Positions 24,560-41,428 of a DNA stretch of 64,000 nucleotides are shown piece after piece. Position 1 is the stretch's first letter. Every line of letters begins with the position of its first letter. The translations under genes and the position numbers were made by a program. This DNA is from Trichoplax sp. H2 (lineage: Eukaryota), in the NCBI GenBank assembly GCA_003344405.1, contig NOWV01000113.1:124001-188000 (forward strand), in the 5' to 3' direction. The notes under the pieces were generated by a model, which was not told the DNA's origin, did not search any database, and worked only from the letters and a program-made list of their open reading frames with translations.

Positions 24560-24842
24560 ATAAGCATGGATTGCAATAAGTATGGCTATGGAATGCAAGA
24601 AATTAAGCAAATCTGTTGATTAATTACAGTTCATTCGTTTATCAGCATGGATTACAATAAGGATGGAATACATGCAATTAAGCTGAGTCGAATATTACGC
24701 CGTTAAGACAAATCTGTTGATTAATTTCAGTCCATTCGTTCATAAGTATGGATTACAATAAGTATAGAATACAAGCAATTAAGCTGAGTCGAATACTACA
24801 CCGTTAAGACAAATCTGTTGATTAATTTCAGTCCATTCGTTC
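24560..24842. repeat. Tandem repeat, about 100-bp unit, about 3 copies (first copy diverged)
   Basis: attaagctgagtcgaata(t/c)tac(g/a)ccgttaagacaaatctgttgattaatttcagtccattcgttc occurs at about 24677 and 24778. A shorter degenerate copy starts at about 24560. Confidence 0.9.
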
Positions 24843-26780
24843 AGGCAATAGCTATAATCACAGTGGACATCATACCTAGGATAGTACACAGAAGGTATAC
24901 AGAAGAGTATCAGATGTCCCTTGATCGTACAGAACAGTATAACCCTTGACTAATGTATAATACAGTACACTATCATCTTGAACTCGTCAATGGACTGAAT
25001 TAGTTAGCAAGCGCAGTAGGGAAGCCTGACTAAAAATATCGCCAACTACTGGTGTTGTATTATAGAGGAGTAGACGATGCGTATTTGCCCCTTAGATCCA
25101 GTTTGGATAGAATTAATTTACTGCCGATGATGGTAGGGTAAAGTAAGGAAGGAAGTGATTGCCTACAGTAGTTGAAAGAAGATCATGGCGTAGAAACGTA
25201 TGAAATTATATTAATGTAAGTATGACTGTAAGATATAGAAGATATCAACCAGGGGCTAATGGGATACTCTGGTGATTCATCCATGGACAACCTGCATGCA
25301 AAGAGTAGAATACCAAGGACATTCAAAAACATCATTGGATGTAGTGATGGACTTTTGTTATTTTAATAGGCCACCATGGAGTAAAACCAAGATAAATCCA
25401 ATGATTAACAGTATGACCGAGAGTAGATGATGTCTTGGTATTTGGATATTCAAAGCAATAGATAATAGAACCGTCATGCTATGAAGATTGTTCGGATCAG
25501 TTGAACGCACATACCGTTAAATCTATTTTCCCTTAGACTAACTCCAATTATTATGAGTAATTATTTATTCATTTAATCTATCTTATTACATTACTGTAAC
25601 AAATGGCATGATCTGTTGTGAAATTAGTTTAGTGGGATAAGATAGACATAGAGTTAATCTATTAGACCAGCAACTCATGGAGATAATATCTGGAATGAGT
25701 ACATCCTTAAAACTGCAATCCCAATATCTCAACCCTCAACGGACTAAACTGGACGTGATACGGTGCTATTTGCATTTTCCAGTCAATACAGTACTGTGCT
25801 CTAGAAGATAAACGAATAGGCAAGGATAAAGTGTCGGTCTCTTCTTTAAATGCCCTATCCTGATCAAACATTTTATTTTCGGACATTGCATGCTTAAAAA
25901 GAATTTCTTACGTACCATTGTTATTCCTTTTCTACTTGCTTGGGATAACTCAATTCTAACTTGGGTACAGAAGTGAAAAAAAATGACCAGAGATCGAATG
26001 GACTGTTTAAAATGATTGGATAGACGTAATACGTACAATAAATATGTTCGCATAGAAGTAAATGTTCAGTACTGAGTGATTATAGATCAATACAATTAAT
26101 ATTTTCCCAGTTAAACTGTTAATTAACTATCTATTTACAGTCGTAGGAGTATATTGAATCGTCATGCCGTATTTCCGTGACCAATGTAGTAAATTAACAG
26201 CTACAGATACGCCTATAACATGTATATGAATACACTTCTAATTCGTTCATGTTTTGATCAGCGATAGACGATATCAAGATCGAAAAGTAAAACAAAAAAG
26301 TGCCTCCTATAGCCTCGTCCATGGTATCACTTTGAAAAATTATTGGGTACTGTGGTTACAAGACTTGAAATTGATCGCTTAAAGATTATAGTTTTATTTT
26401 GGCTTAGTAATAACGATAATTAAAATTTATCTATCAAACGAATTTCGAAAACACTCGAAAAAGTGGCTATATTTTTCATTTCTTTTTACGCTGTCAAAAG
26501 TAATCTATCATCAATAGGCTTTCTGTCTGAAAAATAATTTAAAAATTGCCGGATTTAACAAGTTTTCCATAAGCTAGGTACTATAAATCGAAATAGAATC
26601 ACTACAGATTCTTACTACCTTTCCGAATTGAACACTACTGATAATAATTAGTCAATTTTATTGATATCGACTGCGCACTGAGTTTTAGCAAGCAAAACGT
26701 CCCTTTTTATTCACGCTAGGATCTTGTCTAGATCTTATAACAGTGCCTAAGAGGTATCATTACTACGGCCATTATTAACG

Positions 26781-29700
26781 ATGGACCTAGTTAGGCAGTT
26801 ACTTTCTGCGACAGAACAAGGCAATATTTCCACTGTAACTTCTATGTTGGATTTATCAGACAATGTGGATATAACTGACGAAGAAGGCACAACTGCACTG
26901 CAGGTAGCTTGCGCTAACGGTCACGAAAATGTAGCTCGTTTATTAGTGGTACGAGGCGCTGACTTAAATCGCAGCAATTATTATGGTTGGACGGGGTTAA
27001 TGCAAGCAGCGTCCTATGGCCATGTTGGTATGGTTAACTTACTCTTACAAAATAAGATAGAAGTAAATGCGGTTAATGAATTTGGTACTTCAGCGCTAGT
27101 ATTGGCTTCTTATATTGGTTGTTTTGAAATTGTTAAATATTTAATTGATGCTGGTGCCGAGGTCGATGGTTGCAGTGATGATATGACACCTTTAATGGCG
27201 GCATCACAACATGGTCATGAGGAAATTGCTCGATTACTAATTGATAAAGGTGCCTCAGTTAACAAACGTATGCTACCGATCAATTGGAATGCTTTAATGT
27301 TCGCTACTTTAAACAGCCATATGAAAATTGTCGAGTTATTACTTGATCGCCGTACCGATGTAGCTGCTATTAATCAAGCCAGTGACACTATTATTGATGT
27401 TGCTGTATCAAGTAAAAATGAAGCTATTTTAGAATATTTATTACGAAGAACACATTTAAAACCTAGAATTCAAAGTAAGATTGTCATTCTTATATACGTA
27501 TATAAATTTATACAAGTCCCAAATAGTGATTTTATAGTACTAGACTGTAATGACCAGTACCGGGTAGACTCACTTTCTCCTAAATTTGTCTATCTGATCT
27601 TACTATATAACCATTAAGTAAACCTTTTACCTACTAATCTTCCTTTAAATTTACTGAATTTTTAGAAATTCAAATTTCCCAGTCAGATATCTTCGAAGCT
27701 GTAAAATATGGTTAGTTAAACAATATTCTTATATGATATTATTTTGCACCTTTATTTCTATTTGATTTTAGTCAATTTCTTAGCATTCCTAACAATGGAG
27801 AGTTAAAAAAAATTTTTTAAACTAAGATGGTATAAATAAGTAAAATTAGACTAAATGCAAAGTCAGTAGCAAATGGTGACTTTAGCTGTCAAACAGATAC
27901 CATCATTTCGATGAATCCGCTTCTTGAATGTATGTTCATATTATATTTAGGCAATTTGCGTAGAGTGAAAGAATTAATAGCGAGTAATATTAATGCCGCA
28001 AATAGTTCGGATAAAGATGGTGCTACCCCATTAATGTTCGCTGCTATGCGAGGTCACACCGACATAGTCGATTTTTTAATTGAAAAGCACGCAAATGTTA
28101 ATGCTCAAGATAAGATTAGTGGATGGACTTCTCTTATGCAAGCCACTTATTATGGGTATATTTACATTACTTAATGAGTAACCTGATATAGTTTAATTAA
28201 TTTGGCCATTTTAATAACGAACTTAGTCACTGTTGCTATTTTACTGTAAATTGTATTTTCTGATCGGTCAAAATTAGTTATATATGAGATTGTTTAATTC
28301 TTCAACAGGCACAGAGGTTGTGTTCGTCGGTTAATAGATGCTGGAGCAGATGTTACTTTAAAGGCTACAAATGATTACACCGCATTCGATATGGCCTCTA
28401 TAATAGGTACGATGTGACTGTCCTGCACAGCAAAATTTTATCGATGTAATTAGTGAGAAATATCAGTTAATGAAGGGAATTTTAATTCTATCTTGAAAGT
28501 TTCAAATGATGCGTTTCTTATTGTAGGAGATACCGAAATTGTTCGAATGCTAGCTGCGGTTAGTTTAAAGGTACAAACCGGCAGAGAAAAGGAAGGTATA
28601 TAAATATCGGTCCAATGCACTTAAGACTGCAGCATGTAAAATCAAATACTGAATGATAATAACAAAACCTTTTAAATGCCATACAATCAAGCGAAGGTAT
28701 CAATTTTTGTATTATTATCCTGATCCGTAACTAATTCATAGGTCACAACGTTAATGCTTGGTCGGGAAATAAACATGATCGAAGTCCAGGATCTCCGAAC
28801 GATAGCAATAATAGGTTAGTTTTGTATAACTGGAGCGGGCATAAAACCGTCACGAATGAATGTCTAGTGATATTAGATAAGGACTATTAGAAAAAATCAT
28901 CTTTTGTAGTAATCCTTGTACGTACATTACAGAATTCATTAATATTATCTTCCTTTTGATATAGGCAATTCGATGTTGAATCGAAGGGGGGTTTGAAAGT
29001 TAGTGTTACTGCGCAATAATTAGCTCTAAATCATTATTAGTAACTTTATTATTACAAAAATTCCGGTTGCAATTCTTTTTTCTACTGAGATTAAAAATCC
29101 TTTTTCTTGGAAATAATTCGTACACTTCTAGACTTGGTGGATGCGAATGTCTAATCGATTTCGAAATTTAAAAATTGGTCGAACATCTCGTGTTGAAAGT
29201 GCTAATAACTCTTTGGTAACCAACAGTGGGATTTTACATCCTAGCGTCAGGATCAATAATAATGAAAATCACAGCGCATCAGGTAAAGTTTACAAGCTAA
29301 ATCTTATATTACAATACAGTTAAGACAGTATAGTACATAGACTGCACAGTTCTTCCATCTGTGAGATAAAAGTGCGCAGTTACACCCACTCAAAGTATAA
29401 TATTGCATATTTAGATATTAGTGGAAGTGAAGTTAACAAAGAAGCGAAGCGTCCTCAAGTCTTGGTAAGGCTTACACCAGCGATAACCAAATTTCGATTT
29501 TCTGTGTTGGTATCGCAATCAATGCTTCTTTAAAGATGTAACTTCTATTATCCTTATATTTGTTGGCCTATACACATATAGGCTCTAGCATCAGTTCCTA
29601 AAAAAGGTCAGAAGCTACCTGCCAACGTATTAGCTCCAATTGTGCCACCGTTTTTACCGGCACCAACGTTCGACCTCATGAGTCGTAACGCCGACCGTGC

Positions 29701-31054
29701 TAAAGGAAATAGTAGATCCCCGGTTGGATTTCCCGCTGAATCTCCGCAGGTAAGGAGTGCATATATGTGCCTATATTATTGCTAACAATACAAGCTAAAT
29801 TACAAAGTCATTCAATAACTATTGCTGAAGCAGTGTTAATTGATTCTGAAATTTTGATAGACTATTGGACATTCAGTCGTTCCTACATCACCCACTTCTC
29901 CATCTCCTCAGGCTATAACGCTACCTAATTTTTCATCGAGGGATAACAGTGCGCTATCTAGTAGACCTAATTCAACCACTTATATGAATTCTGGACCAAG
30001 TAAATGTGAGCATCAGCATTAAGTATTCTATCCTGACCACAATTGATTTTATTATCATTGTAGAAATGAAATAAAATGTCATGTTAGAATGAACAGTTAT
30101 TTTTAAAAAATGATTCATTCTAAAAATTTTGCATCAACCTCTGCTGTAATTTTGTTTAATACCCAGCGCCAAATGAGATAAGTGGCAGCAGTAAATCACC
30201 AATATATCCGGATTCAGCCTTCTTGCCGTTCTCTAGTAATTCGCGCAGGCGGGAACGAGATTCAAATGTTATTAGACCAATAAACAGTAGTGATAAGACT
30301 GCAAAACGGCCTGGAAGTGTTACATCAGCGTCGGGAGCGAATGTTACAACTACATCAATAAGAAAGTCAACGCCGGTTTTAAGACCAAGTTCAGGTCCAG
30401 TAACCAGAGTTGCATCCTGGAATATGGATGATAGTGGTAGTAGTATATCATTTAGTAATATAAGATCACGACAGAAATCAACGCAATCTTCCGATGAAGG
30501 TACGATATTTTTTCATATATTTTTAGTTAGAGACTAAAAAATCAGTTAATTACTTGATATAAACCTTAAATATATTTTTTTTTTGATGCAGATGAAGTGA
30601 GTAGCTTACTAAAGAAGTTATCGTTAGAAAAGTATACATCAGTATTTGAAGAGCAGGAGGTATTTCATAATTACTTTAATTTTCCTTTTATCATCAAACA
30701 TAACATTTTATAACGATCTTAAATTTCGTATTTCTATCTTAATTATTAAATCACTCTAAAGGTGGATATGGAAGCTTTCCTATCTTTAGATGACTTTGAT
30801 TTGAAAGATTTAGGCATAAATCATGATCAATCTAGAAAGCAAATACTTGCAGCTATTACAGAACTCAATAGTAATAAGGTAAGATTTTCTTAATTTTGTA
30901 ACAGGAATATTATCATAAAGTGTGTTGTAATGTTCGGCACATATGACTTACACTTTCTACTTCCATTATATCATTAAATTTAAAATTTATGTAGGATCGA
31001 CAAAGGCAAAATCTGCTTGCTTCGTTTCAATTACCTGGATCAGTTAAAAAATAA
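26781..31054 (+). CDS. ANKS6: Ankyrin repeat and SAM domain protein 6
   Basis: Ankyrin repeats are followed by ANKS6-typical segments [43 protein letters not shown] and [20 protein letters not shown] Ser-rich linker leads to the SAM domain [37 protein letters not shown]. The last exon is 30995-31054. Confidence 0.93.
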
Positions 31055-32857
31055 ATGGAAATGATCTGAATGTATTAAAATTAAATTTTTACGCTTTAAT
31101 GTTATAGTTGTAACAAGATCGAAAGTTTTATAATTTCGATCATATAAATATAAATAGTAGGTCCTTATATTTTTGACATAAAACGTGGTCAAATAGTGTC
31201 CTAAACGTAAGTTGTGGATGAATTTTGATTTCAATATTATTTCAATTTTACAACGACGAAAAAAGATTATTTTTGAAGCAAACATTAACTACTACATATA
31301 TTTATATAGAGAGACTACAGCTAATATCCAGATCGGTTTGCTACTGCAAAGTTTTGATACAGCATACTTTTGCAAGTGTAGCGTATACTTAATTCGCATG
31401 TACGCCAACATGTGCATGGTTTGCGTACTGTGCTTTTTGTTAGATGTTACAAAGTGTAATACTTACTGCTTTAACTTAATACGCGTGCTCAATCTTCGAT
31501 TGATCTTTATTTTATTTATACTTAAATAAAATTACCATCATTTTTTACTAATATAATCTTCAATTCTTGATGTCAGTAAGGTGTAGTACATGACTTTATA
31601 ACTGAATTAAATTCTTGCTTTAGACTGCGAAAAATTTCCGTCTCTTAGTATCTTCTATCATTTTTTTCTCCTCTTTAAAATTGATAACTTAAAAGGAGCA
31701 ATCTTTTTACTAAATATCGTGCAAAAATAAATGCCATCATCATAGTATTTGAAATCTGATACTGATGAACTGTAACTTCTGTAATTATGAAATTTAGATT
31801 CATTGATTAATGATTGATTACGTGTTTGTAAAAAGATATGCAAGCAAGATGTTTTCTTGAGATACGGTAAACTACACGTATTACTTTTATTAAATATCGT
31901 ACTTCTACTTTTATATCAAGTTAAATTCTTTCGTATAGTAATACTCTAGCTATCGCCAGTTATAACAAAATATGTAAGAAATATTTTTGCGTTGGAGTAG
32001 GCTGCTTTGAAGTACGAGTACAAAAAATGTGCCTATTAGAAATATTTATAAAAAATTTTCAAACTTTAGGTCGTTGCTTCAACATGATTATACTAGGTTT
32101 AACGCATCCTACAGCTCATCGCTTTTAGCTCAATATACTATAATATAATTGATGATTGCAACCGAAATGGCGATAATTAATACAATACTATGCACGGTTT
32201 ACACAAAGTTATAATATGATCTGATTCAATAATTACAATACACGTAGAAACTTGGGCTATCTGAAAGCTTTGTACATATCTTACCCTGGTTAAATCTAAT
32301 TAAGTGATCCAACAATGGAAGTAAACGCAACATAGCTACTGTACAACAAACTTGTGAAACAGTCATGAGTATTTTTAAATGTTCTACTGTTGCATTTCGA
32401 AAGTTAATATAAAAATTTTAATTGAGTAGCACCAAGTTACCGATCTGAGACTAACTCCTGACTAATTATCCTTTGTTGAAATCTAAATTTAACAAGCAGT
32501 TTAAATACTAAGAAATTTGGTAGAACTCATCTTTATTAATATCAATATAACTATAAATAACAATAAATCGATGTTTCGGATCAATGTTGATCTGAATTTC
32601 TACTAAATTATGATTAATAGCTTTTAAGTACAAACTATCCTGTGAAATAGCGAAGCCGTTAACCCTGAAAAGAATACGGTTAATATGTGCTAGCATCAAA
32701 TTATCTATTTTTATACACTAGATTAAGAAATTACAGTACTGTATGAGGACATTTTTATACATAAATGGGAGTTTTTCTTGTTTCTTGTTATGATCATTAT
32801 ACCTTATAATTCTACAATTGATATCTTGTAAAAATAGCAATTTAATGTGTATTGGTA

Positions 32858-34805
<1,948 letters not shown>

Positions 34806-35479
34806 TTTAGGTTAGACCTGAATCAATCTACTCGACTATAGAAGCTCGTCGTCTAGCAAAGTTGGCAATCGAGTGTTTGATCTTCTTCAAGTGTACCCAA
34901 AGGGCGTCACTGTCGTTATGAGCGCTTTTCGCCTTGGCGTACCTTATATTAGCGTGAGGGTACATATCAGTATATTAAACGGTCGATTCAGCTGATATGG
35001 TACCCTACAGTGTCTACCGGTGTATGGGTGTACTCATAGAAAGTGGTAGCAGGCTCGGAAAAAAGCTCTTCGGAACCATGGACAGTGGGACATTAGGTGA
35101 ACAATGGACATGGACATTGGACACTGGACAGTGGGCAGGACAGTGAGTACAGTACAGTACAGTATAATACTGTACTGCACGTACTGTAGTGTCTATTGTA
35201 CTGTTACAGTAGCAACGGAGTCATTCGTTCATTAAACGTTTAACTTAATGGGCCGACATCAATTAATTTATTTATTTATTTACTGTAAATTTATTACACA
35301 TGCAGTATTATGAATATTTATCATGCAGATCCGATAGACTATGAATTACGCTAATAAAGCTGCATTAAGCTATACAATCTATTTTTATCTCTCATTCACT
35401 ATTTTGGGTGTGTAACATGACGTAGCCTTTGGTCATTTGAAAGTAAGATTGTAGGAATAGTAGTATTTTCCTGCAAGCT

Positions 35480-35790
35480 TTTACTTCTTCAAGTCTACAG
35501 TAGGCTAAAGTTGATCAGCACATCCAATCAATCAACGAAATACTGTACTCTGCCTGCTTGATAAAGTCGTATAGACAACCTGTAATGACAGACATTTAGC
35601 AATAAATGAATAAAAATGGTATATTTTCTCATCCTTGAGCTAGTTACTAGCATCATTTGTCTTGCTTTTTGATGACAAGTCCAATATTAAGGATTACAAT
35701 ACGTTTATGCAATCTTTCTTTCCTAACTCTACAGTTCAAAGTGTTGTCCTATAGCATTAAGTGCTTTTATTCCTTCTTAAATTTGAAGTT
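35480..35790 (-). mobile_element. Possible decayed LINE reverse-transcriptase fragment
   Basis: LRRNKST*C followed about 25 codons later by LILDLSSK, matching the spacing of RT motifs GFRxxxST...FLDLSKAFD. Many stops; weak. Confidence 0.25.
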
Positions 35791-36719
35791 AAAGGAAAAT
35801 ATTCTGAACTTGTGGGCTCAAAACAGCAACCACTTCGCTATACAATAGTACAGTTCGTACTGTGTCAGTGTGTATACGGTATACCAGTACACCACTGAAC
35901 TACATTATATACGGAAGTACCATATGAACTAGCTAAAGTAAACAGCAATCCGGCCCAACGCTCTAAAAGTGAACATTATTGTAATTATAAAAATAGTATC
36001 TAGTAAAATGAATGCAATCCTATTGCGATAATCTCGATCTATCCTACTGTTTGGCGTTCGTGGATCAACTTACCAGAAATTAAATAATAATGCAGGCATT
36101 AATAAAAGTTTGTACTCTTTCACAATGTACGGTACGCGGACACTACTCTTTACGGCCTGATCATTCTATAACGTAGTATAATACGCGAACTAGTGCATAG
36201 TGATACTGGCGAATGTGAGCTAAGATACACCTACTACTTATATTAGAAATGAATTAAATGCTAAATTAATTAACTGTAATTTATTATTGATAATGGCCAT
36301 GAAATGACGAGTGTGTAGATAACATTAACATCAAAAGTAGCTTTATTTGCATCAGGATTTTAATCAACTCAATGACTACTCCTATGTTTATAGAAATACC
36401 GTTTACATTATAATAAATATTTTACTAATACATTAACTAATGATGTACTTCTTTAATAAGAGGCATTTCGACTGATTAATTATTATTTCACTGAATACGC
36501 TCTAGGCATGATTATTCGATTCTCGAAGATGAGTCGTTTAAAGATAACAATCAGCAAATACTGCATCATTAATTAGACGTTTCAGCTTAGCATTAACGAA
36601 GGTGACTATTGTTTTTCTATAGTTATAGTTCGTGCAGACTAAAACTTACTATTCACTAATAGATATGAGCACTTTTAACGCAGTAACGAAAGCTGCACAA
36701 TTATAGGTTAATCGTTTCA

Positions 36720-39100
36720 TTACTTCTTTGTAGTCTTATTTCGAAACCGATCGAAAAGCCCAGCCCAAAGCATACTGAAGAAGTTTCCATAATCCTTTGA
36801 AGGAAAAAATTTTATTATTAAAATGTAGTTTAGTTAGAAAAATCTATCGTCTTGAGACAATTCTATAACAGATATAGTAAAACCTACAAGTTTGCCAGAA
36901 GCCATTGCCTTCAATCTTGGACCGGTTGTTAGATTCATAAGCCTACACAAAATTAGGATTAATAATAGCAAAAGAAGTAGCAAGTGCAGTGAAATTATCT
37001 GACAATCTAAAGTGTCTAGCATGATATCGTTAATGGGACTTACCATTTACCCACAGATGGGGTATACTGCATTAAATATGTCATAAGTAATGGCAAATGG
37101 TTAGAGATCCATACTTCATCAATTTCATTAGCAATCGCTACCGACATTAAATGCGCAAAGCGATCCGTTGGCATTTTTTTCGAATTATCCATCCCACTTT
37201 CTCCTACTTGCTGCATTAAGAAAAATACCGAAATTATGGAGTTGTTAATTGTGACAATTTTTTAGGCGTAATTTCCCTATCTAGCTAAACTTGAGCACGA
37301 AAAAAAGTACATCTACCGCTACAGTAACATGTTAACTACTTAAAAAGACCTTACATCAAGATGTTGGTTACCTTATCAGCATTATCTGACAATGCATTTT
37401 TGCCCACATTTGACACAACTGCTCCAGGACATATTATGCTAGTTTTGATACCAGGATTTGTGGCAAAAAGTTCAGAATTTAATGCTTCAAAGAAGCCCTA
37501 AAAGTACCAAATTACAAGATTAGATCGCAAAGCAAGTAATAGTTGTATTAAATTAGCGCCGAGCTATTACAGAAGATTTTAAGAATGCTTTTGGTAATCT
37601 AAAGCTAATTATCGTAATATACGCAATTGTGAAGAATCACAAAATCAATAGCGCATTACGCTATATACATACATGAAGTGCAAATTTACTGGCACTGTAC
37701 CCACTGCTACCTGGAACGCCTAAATAGAAATTGATATACATTAGAAAGCAGAAGCACGCAATGACCGGTTTATTTTAATATACATATGGTATGATAGGCA
37801 ACACCGTATAGTGATGTGCATTTGCAAAGATAAGCGCATCTTAAAATTTTTTAAATGATTTACTCGAAAATGTAAAGATACATGCAATCATGATTTATCA
37901 CTACAACTATTATAGCGTTATCTCACTTACCGAATTTACCAGCAAGACTGGATATAACTACTAAGAGGCCTTTACCTCTTGCATACATATGATTGTGAAG
38001 GATAGATTTAGTTAAAGAAATTGTACCAATGACATTTAATTGGCATAGATACTGGTCAACACTGATATCTGCCTGCATTGCCAAGGAGCGTTGTGATCTT
38101 CCGGCATTATTTATAAGGATATCAACCTGAAAAGTGAATGATTACACTTTTTAGGTAATGACAAAAGTAAAATAGCAGATATATGTATTAAAAGAATAGT
38201 AATAAATACATTAAATAGTAAGATCTATGAAATCTAAATAAGTTACATAGGCATTCCATTGGTTTATAATTAATAAATCGTTTTATCAGATAGATAACTG
38301 TACGATTTAAATGTACTTAATAATACGTATCTTCAATTACATTGCTAACTTCGTCAGTAATAACATTACTGCGTAAAAGGTGAGCTATTGGAATACTTAC
38401 AACTCCAAAACACTGAACAGCCTCCGCAACGACGTCATTATGTTTTTGAATATCGGCGAGATCCAAAATTACAATTTTGACAGCTGATTCCTTTAATCCA
38501 TACCCTAAATGTTCATTGTAATTGAGATACATGTATAACTGGACAAATGTACAAATGTTGCAATTGTTGCATGGAACATAGAGGCTCTAGTTCATTAGTA
38601 CATACTATTATGAGTTCATATTTTGTAAATATAAATTCTTTATTAACTGTAAAGTAATTACAGTAAATTCTAGTTTCAATGCATAACGGCAACTAAGCTT
38701 GCACATACGCAGGAATCACTGATAATACTTTACTTGTACACTATACTTTCGATAGTTTCCTAATAGCAACTCCCAGCTAAGAACAGAAAGTGGTAAATAT
38801 CTAACCTATACAAGCTTGTTTGACACGCTTTAATTCATCTTCTCTTCTAGCCGACAAAATTAGCCGAATGTCCTTGCAATTTTGCGCCAAATTATAAGCC
38901 GCATACTCCCCAATCCCGCTACTAGCACCAGTAATCCAAACGACTTTGCCATTTAATGAAGAGATTGGTCGACCAAACTTTTCTTTGTATAAAACCGTTA
39001 AATCAGCATCGGCTAAGCAAAATCGAATAAACTGCACTACCAATATTAGTGGTAAAATGTAGTAAAACATTATTTCAAATAGGAAACATATAAGCCACAT
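36720..39100 (-). CDS. DHRS7: Short-chain dehydrogenase/reductase DHRS7-like
   Basis: N-terminal TM, ADADLT, KVVWITGASSGIG, LILSARREDEL, DILINNAGRSQRS, catalytic GYSASKFALH, ICPGAVVS, EVWISNHLPLL. The protein ends DRFRNKTTKK*. Confidence 0.92.
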
Positions 39101-40039
39101 TATTTTTCCTTCCGTATTTTGGTAACGACAGATGTAATGGAATGTTGATGAAAAAGTTTGCCTCTAATCTTTATTAACCTAACCGTAATGATGAGTAACA
39201 GTAGTTTCAATTACATATAGAAATACAGGCATAGAATTCAATTAATTTTGTATTCAGTTGTCTACTATAGAATCATAATTGCAATCGACATACACATCTT
39301 TCACTCTTTCAGTTTTCTAGGAGAATCTTAATTGACTGTACTCATCATGCTGAACAGTGACTATAAATATAGGTAATCATCTGCAATAAGAATGATAGTG
39401 TATGTAAAGTTATCAACTGACAGGAAAGATTCATTCTAATTATCGGAAAGCAGAAACTACCATTAAGACGAACTGATCGTTGGTTCATAACCTTATACTT
39501 TATGTTGATTTAATTTCAATGCTCGTACTCTATTTTTTCTTCCTCTCTTACCCTAGCGTAGTCTGCATTAATTAAGCAGTACAGCCTTCATTTGTAATTG
39601 AATAATAATTAATTATTATAGTATGCCTGTGCACTGGTCAGTGGATATCTTAAAGCAATATTGATTATTCACTAATTTATTGATGCTTAATAATTCACCT
39701 CGACAGTACAAACCAAATTATGACAGCATTAGTTTAAACTGTTGATTTCGATGATATCTTACAATGATGATTAATTAATTTATCTACGACGTTATCATGA
39801 GCATAAGATAATTAATTGTAGACGTAATAGATACGGTAACACTCGTACAGTACAGTAGATCTTATAAGATACAGACAGTATGCACGACTATGCAAGCTGC
39901 AATTCCGACGTTACTCTACCTGAGTTTTTCCACAATCGCTACAAGCCAGTATCGCCAAATTATGATTAATTAATTAATCTAGTAGCAAAGAGAAGCACTG
40001 CACAACAATACGTCTACACGTAGGTTGCACTTGAACGAC

Positions 40040-40780
40040 AGCCAATGCTAGGAAAGCTCAATTAGAATTCTGAAAAACTGTTTTCCCTTGCCTAATGTAC
40101 ACAGTACATCTACTCCGGTAAAACACCTACAGGTCGCCTGTACGATTACTGTTATTGTGAACATGCGTATAGATGTCCAGTATTATACTGTACTGTTGAA
40201 TAACGACTATAGCGACGAAAGTCCAAATATTATGCAGGCCATACAAGATTAGCTAATCGAGTCAAAATGTCGTCATTCGTAGTCGATAACTGCATGCCTA
40301 TGTGCCTTTTGTCAGCAATGTGAGCAGCAATAAATCAGCTATGCAGTATAATTGTATAATGGTCTAAGCAGGCTAGGCTCAGAAGGATTTTCTAGAGAAA
40401 TCGAAAAGTGTAAATCCATGATGAGATCGTATAGCGGACCTCTGCAAATGATGCCAAAATTAAGGCTGATGGGCTGCTACAGTAGTGATTGGTCTAATAG
40501 ACTTCAGTATACTGTACAGTCATGTAATGTTGATCTGTATTCGCTGCAAAGGATGCCAAAAAATCAAGCCGGTCTGCCGTATTGACTGATGATAGATGTA
40601 GTATTATGTACAGTATTACTAGTAGGTTTTTCCTTGATCTCGATGAGTCTAGGAAAAGAAAGTAATTTAATGTTGCACCTTGCCGCAGTATGTAGCGCTC
40701 CATTCGTACATTATATTGCATTGCATCAACCAGGATGATTCGTATGCGATGCTGTTGATTTTGAAGCCATAGTGTATCCT
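40040..40780 (+). mobile_element. Possible decayed CR1-like LINE RT C-terminal relic
   Basis: Fragments in order: ILKN (ILEK-like), NR-QNVVI (NRxQRVVI), SANDAKI (FADDTKI), DWSNRLQYTVQSCNV (xWSxxWQMxFNxxKCxV) and IRTLYC (xxLY). Frameshifted and stop-ridden. Confidence 0.35.
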
Positions 40781-41428
40781 ATACTGTACAGTATAGGCAA
40801 TATCTGCTATACTATACATACAATGTATTCTAGTTGACTGTATTGTGTATCCTCGCTCTATCGTATAGTAGTTATAGGATAACAGTGCTGTCATAAAGAT
40901 CTCTGCAGCTTAATAAACTCCCATGGTGCAGCTGATCAACGATGTTAAAGGACTTGATTCAATTACAAACTTAATTTATCAATTCTACTGCGTATTCCAA
41001 TGGGACTGCTAACTGATTCAACTAGCCGTAAGAGGCTACATAATCTCCTTTTCGCCAATTGGCCAATATTAAGGTATGTAGCAACCAACTGCATAGTATA
41101 AAACTATCAACCATAATCGTCCATAGTCACGACAGTAGTGTTATGAGTATTTAGGCTTCCACTTGCTTAATCATCGTTCCTAAATGAAAAGCTTGGCAAT
41201 TTTGGATCATGAAGTTATAAATTGCAATCAATATTCTTATCTCACTAGCCAGTTCTAAACTGTCTTGAGTTCTACGAGTGTTTAACCATCGTATGGTGTA
41301 CACGTATAGCGGTAAATGGCTGAATGTAGCAAAAAGAAAAGTTGATATACGTATTACACAGTGACATGATACCACAATTAAAATGTCAACCCTCAAACTA
41401 AATTCTATTACACTATCTTCATTTTAGC

